The notes under the pieces: model-generated | What the model was told of the DNA's origin: nothing | Databases searched by the model: none | Seen by the model: the letters and a program-made list of their open reading frames with translations, nothing else | Translations under genes and position numbers: made by a program | Source: Chlorokybus atmophyticus | Lineage: Eukaryota; Plantae; Mesostigma and Chlorokybus algae | NCBI GenBank assembly: GCA_009103225.1 | Contig: RHPI01000260.1 | Span: forward strand, 786,317-850,316 | Direction of reading: 5' to 3' | DNA length: 64,000 nucleotides | In this document: positions 37,487 to 50,059 of the stretch, in pieces | Position numbering within the stretch: the first letter of the stretch is position 1 | How the letters are laid out: each line of letters begins with the position of its first letter

Positions 37487-40400
37487 TCAAGGGTTCTGCA
37501 TGCACAGTCCCTGGGACCGCATCCAATCAAGCCAAGAAGACCAGATGGGATTGCTCCGAAGCGTGGCTGCATTGCCAGCAACAATGACTCCGCGTTTAGC
37601 GCGAGTCAGCGCCACATTCAATCGCCGCGGGTCAACCAGAAAACCCAGTTGGCCCCTGGAATTGGAGCGTACAGTAGATATGATAATCACCTGCACCAAC
37701 CACAAGTGTATGCTACACCGCAGCATGACCTCATCACATCTTTGTGTGGAACACTTGCTATGTTTGCAACGGTGACGTTGTTGGTTATAGGTACAAAGAA
37801 TGCATGTTGTACCTCTTTCTCGCGCCCTTGAAAGCCATCGACAGTTGCTATCTCCAAGTTGTCTCCTATGCCGCTTGCCTGTTACAGGTAGGAACAAACT
37901 TGTACACACCAATCTCGCATTGAATCTGAATGACAGCAGCAGGGTCTCAGGGTAGTTACCAACCTGGCACGTCTCAAGCAGCAAGGCTACTTGCGCTGAG
38001 TATGGAGATATAATGCCAATGTCATCTTCAGTGACCGCGCCATTGGCCAACAAGCCTTGGACAGCATTTAACACCTGGCATGCATGCTTGTTTGTGAGAA
38101 ATGAAATGCCATTGCTGCAAGAATTGGTTCAGTAGTCACAAACGCCATACCAAGTCTGCCTCTCTTTGGTTGAAGTATGATGGGCTGCCCTGCCTGCTGT
38201 TTTCAACACCTAAGCACTGGATAAAAGCGAGGGGTCTTGTACTGTCCGGCCAAGCAAATCTGTCACACAACAGGTCTCTTAACTGTTAGCAAGGTGTGCA
38301 CGACATAGCTTCATGACAACCGCAGAACAGTGGCTCCATTACCCTGCAGGTGGTGTGCGGCCTTCAGGTGTTGGGAACGAGATCAGTCGGTTGCTGTAGA
38401 ATGTCTGTGATGGGAACTCAGCTATGGAGGGGTGCATTCTGTCAGGACACAGCAAAGTTGAGCGTTGCGTTCATTGCATTTGGCTTCTATGCTGGCAGAG
38501 GTAAGCTCACCTGTACTGTGTGTTCAATAGCATCGGCGCAACTCCCGCAGTTTCAAGTCTTTCGTACAAACTAATATCCAGCCTTGCCTGTGGCAAATAC
38601 CAAAACCATGTTGCCACAAATTGTGCATGCATGCAACCGGCATTGCTGCAAGGAACTGTTGTAGGAATCAACACTTGTGCCTGAGTTGAGTCATTGGTAG
38701 GCTACCTCAAGAGCCTTTTGTGAGATAACCGTTGGCGGGAGCTGCTTGGGGTCTCCAACTAGCAAGGCGCTCTCCACGCCCAGGCTGAGTGGAATGATGC
38801 ACACTGGTTCCGTGGCTTGCGTGGCTTCATCAATGACGCATAGTCTGAACTTGCGCCCAGCAAGGATGTCACCACCAGCGCCAACACAGGTTGCGGCCAC
38901 CACATCTGCATTGTCTATGATCTGACCAGAAACGCACATATAACCAATTTTGTACACTCGCACCTGATAGAGAGAAGTCAAAATTGGTGTACCTGTTTTG
39001 CAACCTGATCCTCTACAGCTTCCATGAGTTGTTGGTCTGATCGACTCCATCGCTTTCTTTGCACTTGCTGAGAAGCAATCTCTTGCACTTTTGGATGTGC
39101 CGCCACCAACGCCTCTAGTGAGCGTTGTCTCAGCGCGGGTTGCATCTGAACAATCGCTCGGACTTCATTATGCATCAAGCAGTCAACCCGCATGTGTGCG
39201 ATGTGCAAACCCGCAGTTCATGAGCACACCTTGACAGGTTGACCGATGCGGACAACACGGACACCCAATCCAACCAATCCAGAAACCATGTTGTCCACTG
39301 CGACATTGCTGGACAAGGTCCACATTGCACGGATTGGTTTGCACAGCAGTAGCAAACAGCCAGGCAGCACGCAAGCTCACCTATCAGCGCATGCCAATAC
39401 TTGATGGCCTGTAAGCTGACGGCAAAGAGCAATGAATCGTACGACTGTGTGAGTCTTGCCAGTGCCTGCTCAAACAGGATAGTGTTCAACAGCTGTTCCA
39501 TGTGTGCAGAAGATATCGCGCTTGCCAATAATGTTCATGGTCAACACTAACATGATGCAACAGCAGATGTTGGCACCTGGTGGCCCTTGCCACAATGTCA
39601 GTCGCCGCTGCAGAGCCACTTCAATCGCTTTCTTTTGACTGTCATTCATTCTCTGCAAGCCAGCACTGCTGTCGAAGGCTGCACCGCTGTCCGTTGTAGG
39701 AGCTGCAGCATCCAGTCTTCGCCGTAATTCCCCCCGCAGCTGCGCAGCATGTGTCACAACAAGTGCTGACTTTGCTGTGGACGTCCAGATTGGAACAGCA
39801 TTATTGGACAACACGAGTGGAAGGTAACCTGCCCAGCTGCGGCACCCTTGGCCCAAGGTGAAGTGCAATCAGCCATCATGGTCATGCTTTCTGCAGAGCT
39901 GTCACCTGTCACGAACAATTGCAAGCATCAGTAATGCTAGCAGCCATATTGCACAGCGTATGAGATCCTCCCACCGTGGTCCAACAACAAGGCACATGCG
40001 GGTCTCAACATTCTTGCATCACTACACGTGTTGTGCACACTCTCTTATACCATCAAGCGTGAACTGCAAGATGATATCGCGCAAAGGGGCGCGTTGATTG
40101 GGAGGGGCCTCTGCCAATGTGTCAAGGGCAGCACAGGCCCGAGCGTGCGTGACCTGCACACCGAAGCATCATTGAGTGTCCGACACTGCCCTCAAGCTGT
40201 GTGAAACAGACCAAAGAGTATAGGCCAGCGGCTGTGTACCGAGCTGGTGGCAAAGTCAACGCGCCATTTTCCGCCATGGACGCTCACTATGCTTGCTGCC
40301 TGATTGGCTGGGACGGCGATCTGGAGGAATCTGAACTATGGGTCAAGCACAGCCTTGTATTGCTACCACAGTGCATATTAGGTGGTTGTTGTGCGCCTCA

Positions 40401-41837
40401 CCTGCGTGCACGCTCTGCAACCACTCCTTCAAACCGTTCATCCTCCTCCAACGGGTTACTGGCAATCAGCATACAACCATTGAACCAAACGTCCACAGAA
40501 ACGTGAACTTGCCAGCCATACCGTTGGCTGATGTAGACAATGTCTCCAGGTCGAAAGCGATAGTATGGAGGGAGAGGCCCGTTGTCACCTGGGGAGAACC
40601 GCAGCAGCTCATCCCTACAGTGGCAATGACATGTTATAAGTGCTGTACGGTGACAATCCGTGGATGCACGCAGTGTACATAATGTCAGCGTACTTGTATA
40701 CTCGGCCGTCACTGCTTACTCTAAGATTGAACAGCGCAAATCCTTCTCTTAAAAGCCTGCTGTTGCTCCAAGTCTTGATCCGCGACTCCACTTGCTCCAA
40801 CTCTTCCTCCTGCAGTGCAGCACTGCGCTCAGCAGCTCGTAAACACACAACATGGTTTGTGTTGAAGTAAGTGCACATACCAGCTCATATGCAAGGGCGG
40901 CCTTGAACCGCGTCAAGTAGTCATATAAAGCGCCGAGCTTAGCACTCTTCTTGGCGCTGCGCTGTCGGCCACCCGAGCGCGCCTTATTCAACTCAGCAGT
41001 GTCTTGCGCTGGCCTGAACACTGGCTGAAGCTGGGGCAGATCAGCTGTTTTTGTTTGCGCCGTACGTCTGACCTGGCTTACTTGGCCCCCCTGCTTAGTT
41101 GAACCCGCCTTGTTTTGCCCACCTATAGCGCAATGCCAGTGATGTTGGCACCAAGGTCATGGACTTCTGTTTAGTCACAAGCCGCAATCCATGCACAACT
41201 GCTTATTGAACTGCAATGCATATAACTTCGCGCACAACAGCCACAACCTTACAACAAATACAAAGGGCTGAGCACATTGCGTTAATAGACGTCACTACTG
41301 CTGGAAGCATATGAAGCTTTACGAACGAGCAAGCTCTATTGCACCGAGATTGTTTGTTCAAGACGTGTGAAGTTGATGGCCACCTTACATGGGAAATCAG
41401 GCAAGCAATGTCACACTCCACCTGATAGCACTAGCCAACCGTAGTAGCCAAGCAGAACTGCATTTTCTGCTTGGCTACTACGGTTGGCTAGTGCATGTAG
41501 TGCAAGCTGCATGTAGTGCAAGCTTGCATTGCACACAGTTTGCTGGCACAGCAAATACTTGTCATGAAGACTTACCAGCGCCTTTCCTGCCGCTACGCTG
41601 GCTGCTACGGCTGCCACCACCAGCTGCTGCATGCACCGCGCGCAGAGCCTTCTGCTCCTGCTTCTTCCTCACACAGCCAGCCCGCAGCCGGCGAAGCTTC
41701 ATGCGCTGCTCATCACCATGCACAGTCAAGACCTCCGCAACACCAGCTCCAGGCCATGACAAGCCCCGCAATTGCAGGCCCGCCATGCCCAGCGCCGGCC
41801 TGGTCTGGCCTAGTCTGGCCTGGCCTGCTCTAAGCAT
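37487..41837 (-). CDS. Superfamily 1B helicase, UPF1/IGHMBP2-like, with an N-terminal targeting-like extension, multi-exon
   Basis: WQGPP|GTGKT (Walker A), SNVAVDQ, IDEATQATEP (Walker B), LVGDPKQLPP, GIISPYSAQV, TVDGFQGRE, RLNVALTRAKRG. Confidence 0.92.
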
Positions 41838-42908
41838 TGCATTTAGTGTCTTAACACGTTAAGGCACTGATTGCTGCAACGCTGACGCTGACGCTATTTG
41901 GGCGGCAACGGTAGCCAAAACCATTGCCAAAACGGAACAAGCGAGAGAGATCTGGATTCAGGCGGCGGTGTTGGCGGCATAGCTGGCGAGATCTGTGCGC
42001 CGGGCGGCTGATCCGGCGAGCTGGTTGCCTTACGGGTGTGAGAGTGCCTGTCTTAGGAGGCGGGGAGCTTGTGCAGCGCTCGTCGGGCTGCGTTGTGTGA
42101 AGGCGAGCATCGGCTTGCTAATCCTGCGTGATTGCTGCCTGGCCTCCGGTGCTTATCTCGTTTTTGCCTTGTTTGAGTTGAAAGGCTGATGGTTTTTATG
42201 CTGTAGGCTTTTAGCTGTTGTCGTCAACCTACGCCAGCTTTAAGCCTGGGATCTTCCCTTGTGTAGGATCTATCAACTTCAAACTTTGATGCTGTTGCGG
42301 GCAACACAGGTAAAGCCTACTATCCGAAGCGTTAGCTTGTTCCTTGAGCTCAGATGTCCGTGATCTGTGCACACTCTCTGTATGTTAGCACCACCTCCAA
42401 AGCAAGTATGTCGACTCAGCGGCCATCTGACCATCTGCAGTGCTGTGCAGGTCACTGCCTTGTTTCTAAGCACGCAGCTTTGCGATGCTGGGCTGCACGC
42501 CTTCACCCACAGTAACGAGCTGCTTCCCTTTAAGGTGTGGTAGCAAAGCTAGATTGTAATGAACGAAGGCTAGCTGCTCGTACATTGCCACGCTTGATGA
42601 CTTGTATTGCAGGAGAGGTGACGCAAGTAGGTCACACTTCCAAAGGCATAAAACAACCCACACGCATAGAAGAACAACAAAGAAACAAGCAACAAGATGG
42701 AATCGTCAGGTTAGCAATTGGCATTGACTCTTGCCAAGCAAAGTGGTGTGCATGCTGGCTCGAAATGGACAAGTAGCACAGACTTCACAGTTCTTAGTGT
42801 ACTGCATATATTGAAGCTATATATTGAAAGGTAATGCTTAGCAGACCGTCAACGTTCTATCATCTGCAGATTCGTCGCGCAGTCATAGATTACGCTCAGC
42901 ACGCAAAC

Positions 42909-44556
42909 ATGCACAGCTGCACATGCTCGAAGGAGGATTCACAGGACGCTACTTCTCCCGTTGGCAAGGTGAGCATTGCTGCAGCCCTTGCAACTTGACA
43001 GCTCACTGTGCTCTACGCGCCATCATCGTTGTTACAATGTGAACTAATACAGCATGTTGTTGATGGGGTTTACTATCTGCCACTCAATCATCTTGTGCAT
43101 ACAGCGTGCTTCCCCGTTGAAGTTATTAAAGCGCAGTGGCCAAGCTAATGGGGTCAATGCCCGAGGGGCCACAGCGGTTGTATGCGCAGTGGCATTGGCT
43201 GCATGCTTAGCGGCTGCAGCCACAACGCGCTACCGCGCCTTCCCTTTCAATTTGTTTGCGACCCCAGCCCCTGCGACCCCTCCACCTCCTCCCGTTGTTG
43301 CCGCCGCTGCACCCGTCACGACACCAGTCACAGTAAGCTGATGACCGGCATGCTGCAACGCAATTTCGTGTACATGTGCGCCTTGCACGTTGCCCAGCGA
43401 CATGTTGGCAGTCAGTTGATTGACTATGTTGGTCAGGTCCCCAAGCCACAGTCACCCACTCTCAGAAAGCTATTGCGAGAGGTGCGCGCAGAGGCTATGG
43501 CAAAGGGTGTCTCCCAAAAAACACTTGAGCGCTGTCTTCGAGACCTGCAGCCTATCCCCGCTGTCATTGAGGCGGACAGAAACCAGCCCGAGTTCAAGAT
43601 CAGCTTTCGCGAGTATATCAACAGGGTTGTGTGTGACTTGCGTATCAATGAAGGTGTCGAGAATTTCAAGCAACATGGTGATCTGCTCAAAGGAGTGGAA
43701 ACGCGTTACGGAGTGCCTGCTGATATCTTGACTGCACTTTGGGGCGTAGAGTCCAAGTAAGCATTCATGCCAGTGTAAGGCAGTGTTCTCATGTTACCTT
43801 AGCCTCATTCGTAACGTTCTGGCCAGTTATGGAAGGGTAACAGGTGACTGGGATGTGATGCGCGCGCTGGCTACGCTGGCCATGGACACAGAGAGGGTGA
43901 GTGCGCCAACAACGTGGTGATCATGACGACGATGATGATGATGTTAATAATTGATTATTATTAGCACTTCATTGTTTCTGGAATTGCTGGGTCACATGTG
44001 CTTTGGTCAACAGCCCCGGCGAGCGGCATACTTCAAGAACGAGCTCATTGAGGCGTTGATGATTGTGGAGGCAGGGCATGTTGGAACAAGCGGTGTGCTG
44101 CGTGGCTCGTGGGCTGGTGCCATGGGTCAGCCGCAGTTCATGCCTTCTTCATTCCGTGCTTACGCCGTTGACCATGATGGCGATGGTTGCGCCAACATAT
44201 GGGACTCTCGTGCAGACGTCCTTGCCTCCATCGCCAACTACCTCGTACGTAATGGCTGGCAGGCTGGCCAGCCTTATGCACAGCAAGTCACGGTGCCACG
44301 CGGCTTGGATTCAGCGCTGTTTGGTCTTAAGGTTGACCGAACCATTGATGAGTGGTGGGACTTGGGCTTGCGATCTGCCATTGCGGATGAAGAACTGCCC
44401 GTGTCCTCATTGAAGGCTTCATTGGTAGCACCTGATGGTCCGAGTGGGCTTGCCTTTTTGGTGTATCCCAATTTCCGTGCTGTCATGCGCTACAATTCTT
44501 CCACCTATTATGCTGCCTCTGTAGGGCAACTTGCGCGAGCCATTGCTCGCGGCTAG
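42909..44556 (+). CDS. mltB: Lytic murein transglycosylase B (GH103/SLT_2 type), intron-containing, with an N-terminal hydrophobic anchor; 5' end may extend upstream
   Basis: ALWGVES|NYG (catalytic Glu), ALATLA, YFKNELIEAL, GSWAGAMGQPQFMPSS, VDHDGDG (Ca-binding loop), LASIANYL, YPNFRAVMRYNSSTYYA. At least four GT-AG introns. Confidence 0.93.
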
Positions 44557-45689
44557 AGCTGTATCTTAGTGTTGCATATAGCATATGAGCTACCAGTGCC
44601 GTAGGGTGAGTATAGGGGCACGGAATGTGAGCAGCCACAGCACAGAATGTCATGTATTCTGTACAATGGGACAGTTTTGTGCAGCACTTGAGAGCAATCT
44701 GTTAACCAATTGTTGCTGATTGCTTCATCATTCCCATGCATGATCTCAGTCGGGTGAGGGTGCATGCATGGTCGGGGATGGGACGTGGGGACATGTGAAG
44801 GCAAGTGTGGGAGTTGTGTCTTGTGTGTGACACTTTGTTACAACAAAAAGGTAACGCCAGAGCTTATGACCTGGTGTAGCAAACACTCTGCTGGACACGC
44901 ATTCATGCGCGCCTGCGTGCACACTTGTCATTGCATGCGTTGCACAATTTCGCAAGCACGCATGCTCACTTCCCTGCACACATGTGTTGGCTGCTGTATG
45001 CAGTTCGTTGCGCTCTACTGCATGTGCCCATTACCATATCATGTACATAGCAGCACACCCCTTTTGTACACCCGTGCATGTACATTGACACCCACACGCG
45101 CGCACTAGAAGATCAAAGTCCTCAACTCGTCACCAATACATCAAGCTGGCCCAGCAAGAGTCCATGCTCTACCCAACGCCCATGTGGGCAGGTGATTACC
45201 AACTGCATATTGACTGCTGCATGTCTAACGGGGTAGAGGCAGTAGATTAGCGTGCCAGTAGTAGCCCGGTGGTCAACTAAATGTCATTTGCACGACACCT
45301 TGCATGTGTTGCTGCGTGTTGACTGGACTACACGTTGTGCATGCGCATGCATGTCCTGCATTTGATGTACACTCATCCAAACCGGCAAGAAGAACATGTT
45401 TGAGGCGGGGTCCTAGCCAGCAGATGAAGGCCATGAGCCCGTGTAGGCAGGTAATGCACTGCTAATACGCATGTATGCTTGCCTAATGGGGAGGTCTAGA
45501 CTAGTGTGGTGTCGTGAGGTTTGAACAAACAGTGTGTACAGCCCGGTGGTTATGTTACAATGTGCTTGCATGCTGTTTGGCATGATGTGAGTGATGTCAT
45601 GCATGTCTACAACTACTGGCAGCATATCATGTACATAACTTGAATAGCTCTACTTGTCATTGCAAAGTACCCACAACATTTAAAACACA

Positions 45690-48423
45690 CACAAATATCA
45701 GAACAAGGACTCACTTCAACCAGGTCCTCACCTCTTAAACGCCCTTAAGAAGCTACCAAGGCTCCCGTGAAGCGTCCTATGATGGCCAAAGCCTGTTAAC
45801 AACATCGATGTTGCGTTGACAGTAGGTTACGCCACTCGCAATGTAGCGGTATCAGCTGGTGGTGCCTTCTTGAGATACCTGACAGAAAACACATAGCATT
45901 ATACATCCTCGGTTCAACGGCCCACAATTACAACATTGCTGCATTCAAATGACATATGTGACCTAATAGCGTGTCATGCAAGAATGACACAAGCGACACA
46001 TGCAACACGTTGAGCGTGATGACATGAGTAACTGCACAACACCTCACCAAAGCACGTTGACGCCATACAGCGAGGTGCGTGGCACTCGGTGCACTTACCA
46101 CCATCGCTTCTTCGTCTTAGGGTTGAAAGCACGCATCAACACCACGTGCCCACTCGGGAGAGCACCGAATGGCCAACAATTCAATTGCAATCAACGCATT
46201 GAACGCGCTGATCATGTGATTTCTTGCTGTAGGTGTGTCGCGTCCACGGCAAAGTACTTGGAGTTAAGGATGACAGTGACGGCTGTTTGCAAATCTTCCC
46301 TTTTGTACCCTGCACCGTCCAATGGGGTGTACCCGCGTCGCACGTGCCCTGAAATATTCCAAAGAACATCTTGAACAGCTGCACAACAATCAGCATATAT
46401 CAGGATGCCGCTCTCATAACCTCTCAATATCAACGCTTTTCAATTGACATTATTGCTTACGGCGACATTGCACCAAACATCAGATTCCACATGCAAACCA
46501 TTCAACACCCCTACTGTTACCGATAAAGAAACCCCACCCCACCTTTCTGCCATGAACTGTGTATCATGTAACTGGAAGCGGCGTGATTCAAAGCAACTGC
46601 ATTCCCACTACATCCCTGTAGGCAGACACCATTGTCAGCACATCGAGCTGCATCGTTAGGAGGGCAATGCAAGACACGCATGATGTGCAGTGTGTACCCA
46701 CGTTGTAGATGAGACTCCACTCCTCGTCGCTTAGAGCACTTGTCGTGTACTGCTGTAAATCCTTAAAAATGTATTCTCGTGCCTCTCTTTCTGTGAACTT
46801 ATTGTTAAAGGTTATAGGTTGTTAGATGTACATGTAAAGGCGGCGCTTATATGTAGTTGGTACAATCACTTAACCTTCATAGTTACGGGAGTTATGAGAG
46901 TTACAGAAGTTACGGCAAATATGATCAACCATTGTCAATTTTGACCTTGACCGTTGACTTTGACCATTGACTAGTGTTGACTAGTGTTGACTTTGACTAG
47001 AGTTGACTCAAGTTGACTAGTTAATAGCATGGTATATAAGACATTGTATACTGCTTGATACAGTGGGTTACACATTTTCTCTATAGTTGGCGTGCTTGCT
47101 GCACTTCCTTAATGTGTGCACACTTGTATGTGAGAGGCACATACACACACACTAGGCGCATCACTAGTTCTCAACACTCACCAATCGCATGGATTTGGTA
47201 AAGTCCCTCACCTGCATCTGTACACACGCCAAGCATGCACTTCAACAAAGTGATGTCACGCATCCCTTTTAACGAATCTAGGCCTAGTGTTGCAAACAGT
47301 CACATGCTAAACTGTTGCCTCAACAAACCAACACCGTGGCAAGGCACTTGTAGTATGGTCACATTGCAACAGCCGTCACACATGCACTCAACGTGCGGAA
47401 ACTTACTTTGCACCTTCCAGTTGACGATAGCAGAATCTGAGGTGGCGAGTATCACGTGCGCTCGCTCTTGCTTTGTGTTGCTTATGGAAAAAGCCATCAA
47501 TGCTTTGAGGTCGTCTGAGTATTCACTGGACCACTCCATGATGACATTGGCATAATTAATTACTAGCACAGGGATATCTGTCGCTGTCAAAGTGCCTGCC
47601 TTCCGTGCCGTCTCCCATGCATCCAGCAGAGCATTTAATGCCTGTAAGGCTGACTGCAGGGAGGTGGGCTGCAACGGCTTGCCAAAGAATTGGTCAACAA
47701 GCGCATTCATAATCAATACAAAACACCCAGCACTGAAGTAATTGATGCCCTTTTTGAGGTAAATAAATAAAATGCCCTTTTTGGCCCACGCTGCAGTGGC
47801 TTGTTGTAGCACAACAGAAGCAATCGCGGGCAAAGCAACTTTGATCAAAGCGTACGCCATTTCTTCAGTCCTGCGCATTGGTGTCTCTTTGCATTCAATG
47901 TAACCGCGGGTGCCCTCCAAACCCCTTCACTTCACAAAAGCCTTCAGAACCTTGGTTGTGCCACGGTTAACCGGACCATGAATAACAGAAATGCCTCTTG
48001 GGTTGGCGCTGCACAGTCTTTCCAGGTGGTCCAACTTATATTTGCGGACAGACAGCTCCCCTGGTTTGCCGGCTCCTGCGAGAATGGGGTACGGTTCACC
48101 TTAACTGTCGATTGCACTGCAACTGACAATGCTAACTTGTCTGCTATGCATATACCACGCAGCAGATCATCTAGCAAGGCAGGAGACTCAGACCCAGACT
48201 GCAATGCGCACCAGCAAAGGTCTTTGCACAGCCGCTGTTGCCGCCATCAATTGCTCTAACAACAGTTGTTGAGCGCGCAGTAGCGACAGAGGGCACAATG
48301 GCATGGTGTAGGTGCTGCAACTTTGATTGACGTTGTTGATGCTGAAGGCGGGAGAAGGCAAGAGCTGAAGAAGCCACGCCGTCCCGAACACAGCAAGCAC
48401 AACGCTCTCTCACCCCTCCACAT
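45690..48423 (-). pseudogene. Spliced P-loop ATPase pseudogene (ATPase_2/AAA_16-like, with a winged-helix-like tail)
   Basis: Degenerate Walker A VIHGPVNRGTTK (47954-47980), in-frame TGA at 47927-47929, degenerate Walker B LVINYAN, HVILATSD, LSDEEWSLIYN|GCSGNA, LLAIRCSPEWARG. Further stops and frameshifts; GT-AG introns retained. Confidence 0.75.
46755..47048. mobile_element. 294-bp AT-rich insertion flanked by a 7-bp direct repeat
   Basis: TACTGCT at 46748-46754 and 47049-47055. Removing the insert restores HCIKQ|YTTSALSDEEW. It contains a (TTGAC)-based repeat cluster at about 46940-47020. Confidence 0.7.
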
Positions 48424-50059
48424 GCTTGCAGACTAAATCTGGCAGTACCTAGGAGAGGACCAAGCCTGTTGTTGGAAACTACTGTCGGCAGCATTGCACA
48501 TGCAGACGACGCCCTAATCTTGCTCACCACTCCAACCGAGCGCCAAATGACAATTCTGCTGCAAACAAGCGCGCAAGGTCAATTCTGCTCATGCATTACA
48601 AGCACATGCAGGAGCGCGCGAGTGAGTGAGAGAGCCTTTCAAACAGTTTTTTCTTCTAGTTGCGTGATGATGAATACCGTTCCATGACAGCCATGCATAC
48701 CATGCGTGTGACAGCTATGATTGGACAAGTGAGCTGAGGTCAAACAAACAAACAAACAAAGATGTAGACAACCCTGTGACACAGCGAACAATACACATGT
48801 TGAAAGAGAAAAACCCAGACGTGCTTGTAGTTTGCTGGCATGTGACATGCAAACTGACAGTGATGTTGCGTTTTGCAAGACAGGAGGAGGTCAAGTACGT
48901 GTCTTGAATGAAACCAGTTGACACACATGCCAAATGCGAATGCACAGACATGCGTACGGAAGCAATGATGGGCATGTGACTGACCACTAAATGCGTGCCC
49001 GGGGAACCAAACGGACAGGTATGACTCTGAGCAATATGTCATGCCTAGTGTCCACCCCTACCAGCCTTCATCGGGCATGTCTACATCAAAACCATCACCC
49101 GGCTTACCAGCATACCAACGCGCGCGCGTCACTGACCAGTTGCTAGGTCATGACTCCCGAGTAGCTCATGACCATACCCTACCTAGGCACCGCGCGTAGC
49201 TGTTCAGGTGTGAGTTCAGTCATAAGTTGTGTTCTATATTGAGTGACAATTGCTGTGGAAATAACCTCGATATGACCGTTAGCTTATGTTTTGAACAGTC
49301 GTGATTTGACTTGTATTAGTAGTTACAGTGCTCACCGGATCAGCTGGTGACACTGTGAGTGAGAAAGCTAAGAGCTTGTGAAACGACTTGAACTGCGAAC
49401 ACGCCATCCCGGTTACCAAGAACCCCCTCACTTTGTGAGAGCCTGTGCATGCTCGTGTGTGCATCGTGCTTGTCATCGCTGTGAGCTTGGTGTGCTTGGT
49501 TGCAGTGTGTTTGTTGGCATCAGTCAGGGCATAGTATCCACGTGTTGCTTGCTCATTCACCTCACTTAACAGTGTAACTCATTTTCCGCTCATGCAAAGA
49601 ACTGTGTAAACAGCACTACCTATAGTAGTGGCTTGTTGACTCACAGTGTCACCCTCTTTGCTCATGTGAGTGCGTTGCATTCTGCATTTGATAGTGCAGT
49701 CTGTATCTGGGGACACATCCCTGTGCATTCGTTATCACTGTCATTACATAGTGCGCACACAAGCATTAGTGTGGTGAGTGGTAGCGGCATCGAGACAGGC
49801 GGTAGAGCACAAACACTCTACCCTGCATACACTTTCACCTTCGGATTAGTTGTATGAGCAGGCCCACCCCGTTCTCTTTAATAGACGAGGGTGACCTCCG
49901 CAGCTAGAGCCCAACCTCCAACCTCACCTACATGCGGACCAGCGATGGGAGCAACGATTATAGCAGCAGAGGCTCACGTGCCGTCTCCGACTTCACTCCG
50001 TTCCTGTCCACTCCACGGCATCGAGCTTCCCCACTCTCTTCCGACGGTGACGACTACGA

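Noticed and set aside
42909-44556. Bacterial contamination as the source of mltB
   Set aside because: The gene has canonical spliceosomal introns of the same style as its neighbours and is contiguous with eukaryotic genes.
49030-49900. LTR and tRNA primer-binding site upstream of gag A
   Set aside because: I found no matching second LTR, no TG...CA boundaries and no TGGTATCAGAGC-type PBS.
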